A stretch of 64,000 nucleotides of DNA from Raillietiella orientalis (taxonomy: Eukaryota). Under the pieces are notes generated by a model. That model saw only the letters and a program-made list of their open reading frames with translations. It searched no databases and was not told the DNA's origin. The stretch spans positions 62,001 through 126,000 of the forward strand of contig JAYWIR010000056.1 of the NCBI GenBank assembly GCA_036172245.1, read 5' to 3'. This document shows positions 63,901 through 64,000 of this stretch, one piece after another (position 1 is the stretch's first letter; every line of letters starts with the position of its first letter). Position numbers and translations under genes: made by a program.

Positions 63901-64000
63901 GAGTTGCATTAGGTTATAAGAAAACGTAAAACGCAAATATTTTTGCATGCAAAGTAAGTATAATGAATATCAAATACGTGAAATCTAGCAAAATTTCCTG

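Noticed and set aside
1..64000. CRISPR arrays, prokaryotic operons, endogenous viral polymerase
   Set aside because: No regular repeat-spacer array is present and the context is spliceosomal eukaryotic. The 7040-9620 motifs fit a LINE better than an RdRp.

Overview
Eukaryotic, probably arthropod (inference), repeat-dense genomic DNA. Most of the window is nested and decayed non-LTR retrotransposons: a GC-rich Tx1/L1-type LINE family (about 9 pieces, two inserted into relatives with clean TSDs), a decayed Utopia/NeSL-type element, and faint R1-, RTE- and other LINE remnants. It also holds six copies of an ~800-bp tRNA-headed, hairpin-rich SINE-like family I do not recognise. Host features: an intron-containing tRNA-Leu(CAA), two coding exons of TAF12 in an AT-rich island, a SINA/SIAH-like RING exon, a histone H3 pseudogene, and heavily eroded relics resembling PHLPP, a gustatory receptor, an ionotropic receptor and an AAA+ ATPase. 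Strongest signals: (1) Tx1 copies end in AATAAA plus a covarying 5-nt-loop hairpin, mostly without a poly(A) tail; (2) three independent TSDs share an AYYTCY start; (3) the long SINE-like RNA shows compensatory stem changes. Family calls come from motif recognition by eye, no database search was run, and boundaries of decayed elements are approximate.
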